Origin: Balanoglossus misakiensis
Lineage: Eukaryota; Animalia; Hemichordata
Assembly: GCA_040954595.2 (NCBI GenBank)
Contig: CM082595.2
Location: 2,961,943-3,025,942, forward strand
Length of the DNA: 64,000 nucleotides
Direction of reading: 5' to 3'
Positions 32,603-49,024 of the stretch are shown here, piece after piece. Within the stretch, counting starts at the first letter, position 1; the number at the start of each line of letters is the position of its first letter. A program made the translations under genes and the position numbers. The notes under the pieces were generated by a model. The model searched no databases. It was not told the origin of the DNA and saw nothing but the letters and a program-made list of their open reading frames with translations.

Positions 32603-33337
32603 ACACAAATATGATTTCAAATATAATATACGCGTTAGGCAGATAGAACAAAACCTGAGACTGTATAATTGTCTTGATTGCATATTTCCCTCTTTCAAAC
32701 ATTGTCTTATGTGTAACTGGATGGCCAGAATAAATGATATGTCTGTTTGACAACTGGTCATAGAAAAGCGAAAAAACAGAAAATCCATGTCTTCAACATG
32801 TATATTCAACAAGGGACGTTAACACTTTTGCTTCATCGATTCGGTAATTTGCATAATAGTTCTGACCACCTGCATTATTATATTCAAGGTAGATTAAAAT
32901 TATTATTTGAATATACATGTAAATGTTGTTTTTCTTTATTTGTGGTACATAGGCCTGCATACGCTGTAATTTTATGGCATAACTTTATACATTAACAGCT
33001 TTTTGTAGTCTTTCGTGCGGGTAACGCTGGCAACTTCTGTTTCCTTGTGACTTTTGAAGGGGAGGGCGATTCTGATGTGGAAAAAAACTGTCCAACAGCG
33101 CGTTCCACATAGCTCCGATTCTGTGGTGCGCCACCAGCGATGTTCAGGACAGGCGAACCAGCTAAGGTCAGGTCAGGTAAGGTCAGTTAGTTGCATTACT
33201 CAGTATCATATGACCAGCCAGTGATGCTATATTTATACCGTATAAACACGATGGATTGAACAGTTTCACGTTGACCATGCTGTCAAACACAGTTGCCCAG
33301 ATCACCTGGTGTTTTGTAAAGCAGGAGACTCCCTGAG

Positions 33338-33758
33338 ATGAATTGTACATCGATTTTTAAACAAGTTGTCGCGATCGTGGTGATTGTACTTACCTGTCAC
33401 GTGAATGCTCGAAGTGTTACCATTAGTACCGCGGTCACTACACACAACTTGTGGAGTGACCGTAGCAAAACCAGGACAACTGCAGGATATCAGGTATGGA
33501 CATTGGACAAAAATAATAAGGAATATCATTGTGATTTTATTTTTCACCATTTCTTGCCAATGTGTATCACTGTACATATGTAAAGATTCAACTGTCCTCT
33601 AGTGGCAGGTAGGCCTACTGAGACTGAGTGATTAGCATAGTGCATGCGACAAGGTCACATTGGAATACATACATACATACATACATACATACATACATAC
33701 ATACATACATACATACATACATACATACATACATACATACATACATACATACATACAT

Positions 33759-33795
<37 letters not shown>

Positions 33796-36700
33796 TACGG
33801 ACGGACAGACAGACATACATACATACATACACACACACATACATACATATGTACATACATACAGACACACACACCCCCCTTACACACACATCACACCGTA
33901 AACACTATACTCACAGTATGTTGTCTTTTTTTCTCCATAGAAAAAAAGACGATGGTCACTTAATGGCCTACACAACCGGCAGACAGAAGAGTGCGGAGAA
34001 GCCGTAGGTTGTCAAAAAAAGTAAGGATACTGCTGGCTCTTATTCTTAATAATAGTCTAATTGTCGGTCAAACCTGTCTATAGTGGCCAGTCAAGAGACT
34101 TTCCTAAACTGGCCTTTATAGACAGGTGACTTTTATAGATAGATCAATTAATGTACATGAAGCTCTCAGTTCTCATGAGTGTTTACATTTACATTGCAGC
34201 GAATGTGATTTCAACGGAATTGGTATGTGTGAAAAAGTATGCTGTCTCTGTGTGGAGGGGGAAACAAGTGATAAAGACCATCTACCTTATTGCACCAACC
34301 AGCCTGTCAATCAGCAATTGAAAAATGAAACTGGGAGGGAATATTTTTGCCGAACATTTGTGGGTCATGAGTGCGAGCAGCCACCCCTTCCAGTATATGG
34401 CAATGTTACCGTGGCGACTGGCATAAACAATGATACTTTTACGAATACTACAGAAGGTATGGCACTTGTCATCTCATTTTTTAATCAGGTGTTGACTATA
34501 TACAGTATACACATATTGACTGGCCATGAGGGCAACAGCATACGTCTGTATCCCAATGGACTGTGAGGCACCCCCCCCCCCCCAAAACAGACTGTTTCAC
34601 TCAGGTTTCAGCCTCGGGAAACAGTCTGTTTTTGGGGGTGACTCACAGTCCCTCAGGTCACAGACGTATGCTGTTGCCCTCATGGCCAGTCAATATGTGT
34701 ACATTGGTCTACTCTATATCATACTCTAATGCTCACTGTTGTGTCAATATAGCTTGTTTACAACTACAACCATTGTTATATACTTCTCTGGTTGTCTTTT
34801 GGGGGAGGTACATGTATGATCATAAACATTATTCTTTTGATTTTTCTGCAGGACCAGTTTCTCCTGGAGACAAAACGTTTGTCCTGTATGCATCAATAGG
34901 TGGTGGTATTGGTGGCGTTGTTGTTGTTGTTATTATTATTGTTGTTGTTTGCTGTCGTTATCCCAAGAAATGCAAGGCTTCAATCTCAGGTACAGTATTC
35001 AAACAACATGTCTGTTCAACAAATCAGATGAATGAAGAAGTAACTGTAAAATTTCTTTCACAAGTCACAGCTTCATGAATAAAACCTTTGGTATGCCATA
35101 TCTCAATTCCGTCAGATGTTTTTCCAGTAGGCATACATGTGAATAACGTCTGTAAAATTTATATTTTTCAGGTTCCGTGGAATCAGGTACAGGAAATGGT
35201 AAGTACATCCACATTTTCCCAAATTCATTACCAGTAGTACTACGGTTAACTGAATGTTCATTTATTTTACATATATGAAAAATGTATTTTTCCAGAATTT
35301 CTAATGAAATACCAATGCAAACTCACAAGGTAACACATCTCTGGTCTTGCGTTCAAATGCTGACAGTACTAACACTGGTGATGTATTGGCTGTGCAAATG
35401 AGTGAAGTAATTGAAGAGTAGAACTAACATTGATACCAAGAACAGCAATTGTAAATTATGTGTATGAGTTTGAGGTAACTTTTTGCTTTCCTTTCTTTTG
35501 ATATGTGGGTAGACACCATGCCACTGTTGCCAGATGTGACAGGTAAGCTTCAAGTGAAAAAAAAATAACTGTTCATTCTCCACACTATGTACAATGATGC
35601 TGTCACATTTACACACTCCAGTCATTCCACTGTCACTTCATCCCTTTCACCACCATGGTTTGGTCCAAATCCCTGTTTTATATAGTAATGTTAGACCTCT
35701 ACTGAGGGAACTGGGGAGGAAAGGGTTAAGACTTGGAGTTGAGTCACAAAAAACACAATATTGATCAAGACCTGGAGATAATGGAAAGCTATGTCTACCT
35801 GAACTAGAATAAAAGGGAAAAAAGGAAAAAAGTGTGTGAAAATGAAAAAAATGTTGCTCCACATTTTGCCTTTCAAAGGGTAAATTCTTATGCGTAACTG
35901 CGGTCTACTAATCTTTCAGAGTATGAACATGACGTCTATGTGATCAATGAAAGCGATAACATTGAATGGACTGATGATGTCGTAAAATTCTTGGAAGAGA
36001 AAGGGTTACGAGTGGTCTGGGACTACAAGGATAAAATTGGTGGTATGTCAAAGTTTGATCTTCGTCACTTTTACCTTGAGAATAGTCATAAGATAATCAA
36101 CATTATTACTGGCAAGGACAACTTACGTGGTGAGCACTCACTCCAACACGCACTGGAAGAGACCCTCAGAAAATCTGACAAGAACCGGCTTATTCTGGTG
36201 AAAATGAACAAGGACATTGAAGTGCCGCCATATTTGAACTATCACATTCCACTGGAGGCCACTGACAAGAACTTCTTGGATCAGTTGTTGAAAAGTGTTC
36301 GGTTCAAACACAAAGACAAGGAACAAGAAAGTACAGCAGTGGAGACACGCATGGCACAAACAGGTATGTTGGAACTGTGTGCATGTAGAGTAAAACCTGT
36401 CTAAACCGAACCCTGTCTAATCTGGAAACCTGTCTATACCGAACACCTTTTCGTTTCCGTTTTACATAGGAACACATATTAAAAGAACCTATAAACTGGA
36501 CACCTCTACAAACTGAACAGTTTCTTCAGTCCTTTTGGTGTTCGGTTTAGACAGGTTTTACTGTAGTTTTCCCCTATCAGTGTTATTGGGGACAAGGCTA
36601 GACTGTGTGTGGAGCATAGTGAAAAACTCACAAGTCTTGAATCTAGACTTGTTTATACATTGTATACAACAGAAGAAACCGGGCGTCTTTCAATATTTTA

Positions 36701-38908
36701 TGAGAAGCATTTTCTGTTTTTCTCAAGAATGGCTAGTTTGTGAAAGGGATTCTGAGTCTTGTCTGTCTTTCGCAGAAAGCGTTGAAGGTATGGAGCCTGG
36801 ATCGCCATCTTCGCATATTTTATCAGTTGCAGCAGACATACACGAACCATTTAGCCGTGAGGGAGAAGATGAGACACAAACTCCACAAGGAGCAGTTGCT
36901 ATGGACAATCCTGAGGTTGAAATGACGGCAGACTCAGTTGCTAGGGACGATGGCATGACCGCAAAAACAGAGGATGTTGTTCCCAACGACAGTTGCGAAG
37001 ATCCAGACTTGAATCAACAGCAGATGCTATCTGAAGACTCTGTTGAAAATGATTTCATAGGTATGAATATTCAAAAAATTCAAGTATATTTTTAAAGAAC
37101 TAGTTTTCTAGGCATATGGCCACTGATTCAAGAATATTTATACAAATATGTCGTTTCAAGGGCTCTTTGCATGACAATGATTTATTTTATTCCCATTTCT
37201 ATCATGTCTAAAGGTTATGATTTTAATCATGATGTGTTTGATTTTGTAGAAAAAGACGAGGCTGTTTTGAGTAGCAACTGTGGGAAGTCTGTCTCCAAGA
37301 GTGATGGAATCAAAAAGAGAGAAAAAAGCAGAGGGAAAAGAACAGGCAACGAGAACGGTGACACCACAAAACCAGAAAAAGCAGAAAGAAGTCAGAAATG
37401 GAAATATGAGTCTGGTGGTATTGGAGTCTTTGGTAAGCCAATCTTTGGCTATTTTTCTGTAGTTTATTTTTTGTCAAAGGAGAATCTTCAAACCCACAAT
37501 AAAAAAAAATGACAACACCTTCAACTTTGTCGATCGTACATCCATCAGTGTAAATATTTTACTATATTTTCAGACGGCGAGTATTTCCAAATGGAAGTAA
37601 AACCATTTCCTCTGGTTCGAGGTAAGCGTACATTAATTATGAAACATATAACTTTTTGTCTGAAATTTTTTTTTACTTTTGCATGTTGTACTGTTCTGGT
37701 AACCCCGAGAAGATGAAATTGGAGTTGCTCAGCAAATAATTGAGTCCGATTAGAAGGGGCTAATGTATTTTTTTATTTTGTTTTATTTTGTTTGGTTGTT
37801 TAACACATATTGGTTTATTCTGTTTGCCCCATTGCATAACACTTACCACAGAAATGGTATGTACCACCATTTACAAAATGGCATTTCTATTTTGAGACTT
37901 AACAACATATTGGTTGGGGGAAACTAAATGATGTACCTATAGATTGGTGTCTGGTTAACAGTCTGTGCGTCATGTATGTATGTATGTGTGGCATTTTATC
38001 ATTAAAACAGGGAATATGTGTTGTCACATAAGACATACATGTATGTACATGGTATGTGTGTATGTATTTATGTACCGGTATGTATGTATGGATATGTATC
38101 CTTACAAAAAATGTTCTATATATTTTGATGCTTCAGTAGAATTCAAAATGGTTTTCTCTATTTCCTGTATACGGCTTTCAGATCAGCAGTGTCCAGTGTC
38201 TCTCCAATGCACCCCTAAACAACGAGACCAGAATATCAGTGATATCATCATCGGTCAAGTTGATGACACGCAAAAGAAGAATGGAAAAGAAATGTCTAAG
38301 GTTGGAGAGACATTTGAGGTGACCCTTGGCCCCATCAGTGACGACAATTCTGGAAAGTACATCATTTGTGCAACGACGAACGACAACTACCAAATAACAT
38401 GTAATATCGAACTCAAAATATATGGCAGCATAGCAGGTATGTGATGAAAATTTTAGCATATTCAATCTGCTTTTTGATATTAACAAAGTCAGATTGTTTT
38501 ATTGTATGGTTTATGTTTGTGTTATTTGCGTTCTCATATTTTCACATTCCAGAATTGTTGAAGGAATGCCCACTGACAATGAAAATGGCACGTGACCAGT
38601 TAGATATGGTGCGGAAATTACAACTTTCTCTGGACATCAAAGGTAAACATCTGAAAGATTGGGAGGACTTGGTCTTCGATCTGCTGCATCTGGAATATGA
38701 GGAAAGGGAATGGATTGGACGGAGTGATTCCCCTACAAAGACTGCCATCTGGCGCTTGGCGGACATTCAGCCACAAATGAAGTGGTCACAGATTATTCAG
38801 TGCCTTCATGTCAAAATGGAACGGAACGATGCCATTATGAACGTTGAACCTTTTCACACGGAATGTATAGCTTGTGGCTACTTTTACCAGAAAGCCAAGA
38901 AGGTATAA
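33338..38908 (+). CDS. Type I receptor: signal peptide, Cys-rich (TNFR-like) ectodomain, TM, TIR domain, Ig-like domain, C-terminal Death domain (~752 aa, 12 exons)
   Basis: Exons: 33338-33493, 33941-34020, 34200-34456, 34852-34989 (TM), 35172-35198, 35513-35542, 35920-36363 (TIR: YEHDVYVI..EW..LEEKGLRV.WDYKD..RLILV), 36776-37060, 37250-37432, 37574-37621, 38182-38436 (Ig-like DNSGKYIICA), 38553-38908 (Death: LSLD..KDWEDL..SPT..MERNDA). All GT-AG, total 2259 nt in frame. The two small exons are less certain. Confidence 0.75.
33666..33890. repeat. (TACA)n / (CA)n microsatellite
   Basis: Long perfect TACA run followed by CA/CAGA runs in intron 1 of the receptor gene. Confidence 0.95.
34508..34701. 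mobile_element. Palindromic MITE (family D) with ~41-bp TIRs
   Basis: tacacatattgactggccatgagggcaacagcatacgtctg ... cagacgtatgctgttgccctcatggccagtcaatatgtgta. A partial second copy lies at ~593-690. Confidence 0.8.
36388..36563. mobile_element. pogo/Tigger-like MITE (family C)
   Basis: TIRs agtaaaacctgtctaaaccgaac / gttcggtttagacaggttttact, flanked by TA. Confidence 0.8.
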
Positions 38909-39107
38909 TGCTTCAGTATTTCTCATGGCCAGAGGGTCCTGAATATATACAATTTGGGGGGGAGATGAGGGGTCAGTTCTTGCCCTAACACTCACCTTGA
39001 TACATTTGAAAATTGTGACCTTTTTGTAGAAGTGCTATGTTCCATGAATGCACATTCTACTAAAACTTGGCTCCTGGTAAGAAGGAATTTTAAAATAGAT
39101 TTCTGTG

Positions 39108-39405
39108 TTAAAGCGCGTAGCTCGTCTCACACGCATGTTCCAACTGTAGCCGCTGGTTACAGACGTTTAGTGAACAGTCAATCCCATAAGGCAGTGCTCA
39201 CACAACATGGCGGTGACCATAATCTGTGTCGGAGATTGGGAAAAGACACTAGCTTGGGTGAAAAGGAGGGACAAAACCAGAATCTACTTATACGGTGCGC
39301 ATGAAATATGGAAGGAAGCGAAGGCAGTCTACTATTTAAATGCATTGAACGGAAAATTTGCTGGGAAGTTACTGCCATGCGCGTGAGACGAGCTACGCGC
39401 TTTAA
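39108..39405. mobile_element. TTAA-flanked non-autonomous DNA transposon (Kolobok-like ends), ~290 bp
   Basis: TTAA-AGCGCGTAGCTCGTCTCACACGCATG ... CATGCGCGTGAGACGAGCTACGCGCT-TTAA: 26-bp TIR with 1 mismatch and AG...CT termini. Confidence 0.75.
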
Positions 39406-40680
39406 ATGAACATGAGAGGGTTCAGAAGCCAAATTGGCTGGAGATCTTCCTGATCTATGTTTTTTATGAAAATGCATTTTACAAGCTTTACCTGCTGCTC
39501 TAGCATAACACTCCTTTGGGAAATACAAGATGCACATTTACCGCAAACGATTTACCGGTAGTAGATTTTAGATAGCCTAAATCAGGGAATTAATTAAACC
39601 ATGGCTTTGAACATTACAGCTCAAGTCTGTGGGGAAATTTTACAATAGAGACTGCTTGATGTAATAATGCTTTTAGGACCACAAAAGCAGTGAATGACAT
39701 TGCCATCGACATTGATGCAAGTAAGATGCTTGGTGAGTAGACCTAGACTGTGCATTAGCTGCTCATTTTAGTGCATACTAGTATAACTACAGAACAAATA
39801 CTTCTATAAAAACTTTTTCTTTTATCGCTTTTATATCTCTTTTTTAAGCTGAAGATTGGATCTTTTGATACGATAGATTTTATGACCATAGCTGTGAAAC
39901 TGCTTACTTGTTAGATATATTCTTTTAAATGCTTTTATGAAATCATGGAAAGTGTAAAATGTTTACATGTAAATTTTTAACTGGTGGTATTTTAAGTTAT
40001 CTGAAATCACACTTGTACGTAGCTGATGCACAAATCATTATAAATATACACTGCCATTTTATAAACCAAGTCTAAACTCCAGAATTTAGAAGAAGAAAAT
40101 AGTTGGGTGAAGGAAACTATTTTGTGAGAGATCATGAGCTGTTCACTATTCTGTGTAAATGTTTGGTCAGTATAAAATTCTGTTCTTTATTTTTTTTTAC
40201 TTATGTACACTTAACACTTGTGCTGAGAATATCAGTCCATCCATGTCTGTGTTGTGTAACTTCAGATAATAACGTTTATATAAAAAAGATAACATATGAC
40301 AATATTTGTGGTAATGCTTGTACTTTAATCTACATAATATATTATTACATACATTTGATATGTATCTTGAATGAGTGAAAATCCAATTCATTTAACAATT
40401 GTAAAAATATTACAAGTTTTGCTTCCATTATCCAATATGGCGTCGTGGACTGAACATCACAGTGACCATGACGACTCCCCTAACCCTTTAATGTTTGGTC
40501 CAAACCCATTGTTTACTGTGGTTATGTTGGACCTCTATACGGGTATGTGGGGGTGGAAGGGTGAAACTGGCAAGTATTATAGCCAGGGCATTTCCATAGC
40601 AGTAAACAATAGCCCCCTTTACCAGATGCATTGTGGACGTGTTCCTCAAAAATCATGCCCTGTGCAGAGGTCACCAGAGA

Positions 40681-44445
<3,765 letters not shown>

Positions 44446-46269
44446 GTTTAGTCTGGAGGGAGACAAAAAGTATATTTCATGATCGTAAAGGCTGCCATTA
44501 GTTGAGCGAGGTCTCGCAAAAGTTCTATGACCTTTATGAAGACTAAAGCCATCATCATGGTCATTGTTGGCCCAAGTGTGACCAAGATATACCAGGGGAC
44601 CGATGCAATTATTTCCCTGTGTGCCAGTCCGACCATCCATCTGTCTATGCAATAATTATTGTGGAGCTGACAACTTGGAAATGACCAGACCAAATGCGGC
44701 CAGTTAAAAATACTGGATAATGTAACACTGATGTGATGATCTAGAACCGAGTGAAATTTAGTGAGAGTGGCTTTCTAACTTTTAATTTAGTTAGTGCATG
44801 GAGGTACTAGAGTACTAGTATCTCCATGGTTAGTCCATGGTGTTACGTATATGTATAGCCGAGTCCACTAGTGGCTTGGTGGCTTTATGGGCTGTGGCTG
44901 AGAGACATCACCACTGCGCATACGGCTTTCCATCTTCTGTCCACGATAGGCCTAGGATGTGTTAGGGCCTACCATGGACGTAAATACTCACCGCAAGTAT
45001 TGGTAATTAACACTGGTTGGAAGGACTTGTACTGTGGTAACACTAAAACAAGTCGTTGATGTCGATGACACCTGTTGTAGTAGGCCTACTAGTAGATTTG
45101 ACTACGGAGCTACCACAGATTTGACATTGTCACATCAACGTTTATAAAACCGTCCAATAACCTTGTCGACAGATATATGTAACATACACAATGGGTCAAC
45201 GACATTTCGTTCACGTGATCCATTATATTACGCAACCAGATGTACTATTTGTTTTATTCTTCGCCTATCTATGTGATTATAAAGGCAGACATTAGCACAA
45301 AGCGAATGAAGGGTGACGCGTTGTAATGAACTTTAGAGCGGTAATTGTTAATTTTAAAGTAGAAATGATCATTGCATAGACTAAAATGAAGACTTTTGTA
45401 AGCTAGAACGTTGAAAAAATTTGACTTTGTAGGCTGTATAACCATGGACGTAAAAACCACGTTTTTCGGTAAGAACCACGGCTATGCATGAAAATTCCTG
45501 TTTTTAAAAGTAAAAACATACTCGGAAAAACGTTTACTGGATGCCGAAATATTGCTTATTGATGAAATCAACATACGCCCGTGGAAATGTATCTGTGACT
45601 GACTAGATAAATCCAGTTTGTTTTATTATCATATCTAATTTAATTTATTAATCTGATTTCTTTCAGATCCCGTGTGATCTGAAGTTAGGATTTACACGCA
45701 AGCGCCAGCTAGCGGACGAGGTCAGGAAATCCGCAGAGTTCACCTTCGACCTTTGACCGCAAATCCAATATGGCGCCTGAAAGCACTCGTACAACTCAAA
45801 ATTACCTCAAACTATCACCAAATCCGGTCAGCAAGCGCCCATGGTTTCATAAAACGTTGCCCAAACCCCACGCCTACAATGAGGAGGTTGAATTCACAGG
45901 AAATCTACCGTAAGTTTCTAATTTTACATGATTTATAATGTAATGTTGTAATGTTTATAATGTAATGTTGACATGACGAAGCGAGGCAAGGGCACGTGGC
46001 TGGCTGGGGCATCCAACAGCTACGCAGGTGGTAAACACTGCCTTGCTGCCGCTCAGGGCTAAATTTTAACGTAGCCGTCCAACGTCTTGACAACGTGTGA
46101 TATACTAGGGTTCGAAGGGACCTGGCTCCAATAATTTATGGTTTTGTATGGCTCTGCGTACAGGTCTGTGTGTTTCCGGCTCGGTGTTGACACGCCCCCA
46201 ACGCAGAGCCTGTACTATTAGTATTACAATCTCTGTTTTACGAGTCAAACAGTCATTTTACCCGTCGAT

Positions 46270-47790
46270 GCATTTTGATGTCATATGCATGGATTATACC
46301 TCATACAGGCTCAAAAAATGATAAATTCTGGACTTTGTGAATTTTGGTCATGTTTGGCATTTTCATGTCATGTGCATGGATTATAACTCATACGGGCTCA
46401 AAAAATGATAAATTCTTGACTTTGTGAATTCTGGTCATGTTTGGCATTTTGATGTAATATGCATGGATTATACCTCATACAGGCTCAAAAAATGATAAAT
46501 TCTTGACTTTGTGAATTTTGGTCATGTTTGGCATTTTGATGTCATATGCATGGATTATAACTTAATCGTCAAAAATGGCAAATTCTTGACTTTGCCAACT
46601 TTGGTGATTTTGTCATTTTCGGATGTCTTTCATGGGTTAAAGCTCATGAAAATTGTCAAAAATGGCAAATTCTTGACTTTGCCAACTTTGGTGATTTTGT
46701 CATTTTGGGACATTTTTCATGGGTTATAGCTCATGAAAATTGTCAAAAATGGCAAATTCTTGACTTTGCCAACTTTGGTGATTTTGTCATTTTGGGACAT
46801 TTTTCATGGGTTATAGCTCATGAAAATTGTCAAAAATGGCAAATTCTTGACTTTGCCAACTTTGGTGATTTTGTCATTTTGGGACATTTTTCATGGGTTA
46901 TAGCTCATGAAAATTGTCAAAAATGGCAAATTCTTGACTTTGCCAACTTTGGTGATTTTGTCATTTTGGGACATTTTTCATGGGTTATAGCTCATGAAAA
47001 TTGTCAAAAATGGCAAATTCTTGACTTTGCCAACTTTGGTGATTTTGTCATTTTGGGACATTTTTCATGGGTTATAGCTCATGAAAATTGTCAAAAATGG
47101 CAAATTCTTGACTTTGCCAACTTTGGTGATTTTGTCATTTTGGGACATTTTTCATGGGTTATAGCTCATGAAAATTGTCAAAAATGGCAAATTCTTGACT
47201 TTGCCAACTTTGGTGATTTTGTCATTTTGGGACATTTTTCATGGGTTATAGCTCATGAAAATTGTCAAAAATGGCAAATTCTTGACTTTGCCAACTTTGG
47301 TGATTTTGTCATTTTGGGACATTTTTCATGGGTTATAGCTCATGAAAATTGTCAAAAATGGCAAATTCTTGACTTTGCCAACTTTGGTGATTTTGTCATT
47401 TTGGGACATCTATCATGGGTTATAGCTCATGAAAATTGTCAAAAATGGCAAATTCTTGACTTTGCCAACTTTGGTGATTTTGTCATTTTGGGACATCTAT
47501 CATGGGTTATAGCTCATGAAAATTGTCAAAAATGGCAAATTCTTGACTTTGCCAACTTTGGTGATTTTGTCATTTTGGGACATTTTTCATGGGTTATAGC
47601 TCATGAAAATTGTCAAAAATGGCAAATTCTTGACTTTGCCAACTTTGGTGATTTTATCATTTTGGGACATTTTTCATGGGTTATAGCTCATGAAAATTGT
47701 CAAAAATGGCATATTCTTGACTTTGCCAACTTTGGTGATTTTGGGACATTTTTCATGGGTTATAGCTCATGAAAATTGTCAAATTCTTGA
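46270..47790. repeat. 87-bp satellite array in two related variants
   Basis: Variant A has ~3.4 copies (starts 46270, 46357, 46444, 46531). Variant B has ~14 near-identical copies (starts 46568, 46655, 46742...). Both share aaattcttgactttg. Confidence 0.95.
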
Positions 47791-47977
47791 CGGTTATCAT
47801 TCTTTTTGTGTAATTAATATTGTTGTTAAACTTACCCTGATTTTGTTCTTTGCATTGCAGTGAGTTGCATTAAAGTCAAGGTGAAATCAATTCAATTCTC
47901 AGATGATGGTTTGAAAAATCCAAGAGTACAGCTTAAGGTAAGACCAAATCAATCTCAATTGGACACTCTAAGTTTTT

Positions 47978-48585
47978 TCCTAATGTCAAAGTAAAGAGTA
48001 AAGCCTGAAAAATTTCTAAGTGTTTTTCTTAATGTGAAAGTATAGAGTAAAGCCTGAAAAATTTTCTAAGTGTTTTTCTTAATGTGAAAGCATAGAGTAA
48101 AGCCTGAAAAATTTCTAAGTGTTTTTAATATCAAAGTATAGAGTACAGCCTGAAAAATTTCTAAGTGTTTTTCCTAATGTCAAAGTATAGAGTAAAGCCT
48201 GAAAAATTTCTAAGTGTTTCTAATACGAAAGTATAGAGTACAGCCTGAAAAATTTCTAAGTGTTTTTCCTAATGTCAAAGTATAGAGTAAAGCCTGAAAA
48301 ATTTCTAAGTGTTTTTAATATCAAAGTATAGAGTAAAGCCTGAAAAATTTCTAAGTGTTTTTCTTAATGTGAAAGTATAGAGTAAAGCCTGAAAAATTTC
48401 TAAGTGTTTTTCTTAATGTGAAAGCATAGAGTAAAGCCTAAAAAATTTCTAAGTGTTTTTAATAAGTATAGAGTAAAGCCTGAAAAATTTCTAAGTGTTT
48501 TTAATAAGTATAGAGTGAAGCCTAAAAAATTTCTAAGTGTTTTTAATAAGTATACAGTGAAGCCTGAAAAATTTCTAAGTGTTTT
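47978..48585. repeat. ~41-50-bp minisatellite (~13 copies)
   Basis: Unit aaagtatagagtaaagcctgaaaaatttctaagtgttttt(cttaatgtg). Confidence 0.95.
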
Positions 48586-48810
48586 TTTTTTTTTTTACAA
48601 AAAAGCAGACACCAAGGATTGAAATTTATTGTATTTTATTTCATTTTCATATTTCATATTTCATATTTCATATTTCATATTGAAATTTAACTCGTATTCA
48701 CTTGTCGTTTCAGGTCTATCTGTTGAATGGTTGATGACCAATCGAAAGAAGTGGAGTCCAGCCGGGATCTGAAAAGACAAGGCAAGTGTTAGAAAATGCA
48801 AGTTATGTAG

Positions 48811-48884
48811 GGGGCATACACAAGTTTCAAAAATTTTCTAAGTCAAAGAAAACTTAGAAAATTTTTGAAACTTGTATATGCCCC
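48811..48884. repeat. Inverted repeat / hairpin, 33-bp arms, 8-nt loop
   Basis: ggggcatacacaagtttcaaaaattttctaagt-caaagaaa-acttagaaaatttttgaaacttgtatatgcccc, one mismatch. Confidence 0.9.
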
Positions 48885-49024
48885 AACGTGGAGGTATAGA
48901 CAAATTTCAAATTTTTAGCGTTTCTGACTTAGTTTTTTTTTTGGCTTTTTATATGCCATCCCTAGCCCCCACCCTAACCTCCCCATGTGTGTACTGCAGG
49001 GACTAATAAATCCCTAGCACAACT

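Noticed and set aside
33615-34007. ORFs with YIHT/MYVC repeats; likewise poly-H/D/M/I ORFs at 41541-42018, LSIY at 43309-43644 and poly-H at 54054-54353
   Set aside because: Translations of microsatellites.
35296-35329. 34-nt exon candidate (tccag/GTAACA) in the TIR/Death receptor
   Set aside because: Shifts the frame between phase-1 neighbours. It could be a poison exon or a sequence error, but I could not fit it into the CDS.
46705-47772. 355-aa ORF of 29-aa repeats
   Set aside because: Artefact of the 87-bp satellite (a multiple of 3); non-ATG start and no protein-like features.
46270-48585. CRISPR-like arrays
   Set aside because: Head-to-tail repeats without unique spacers, no cas genes, eukaryotic context.
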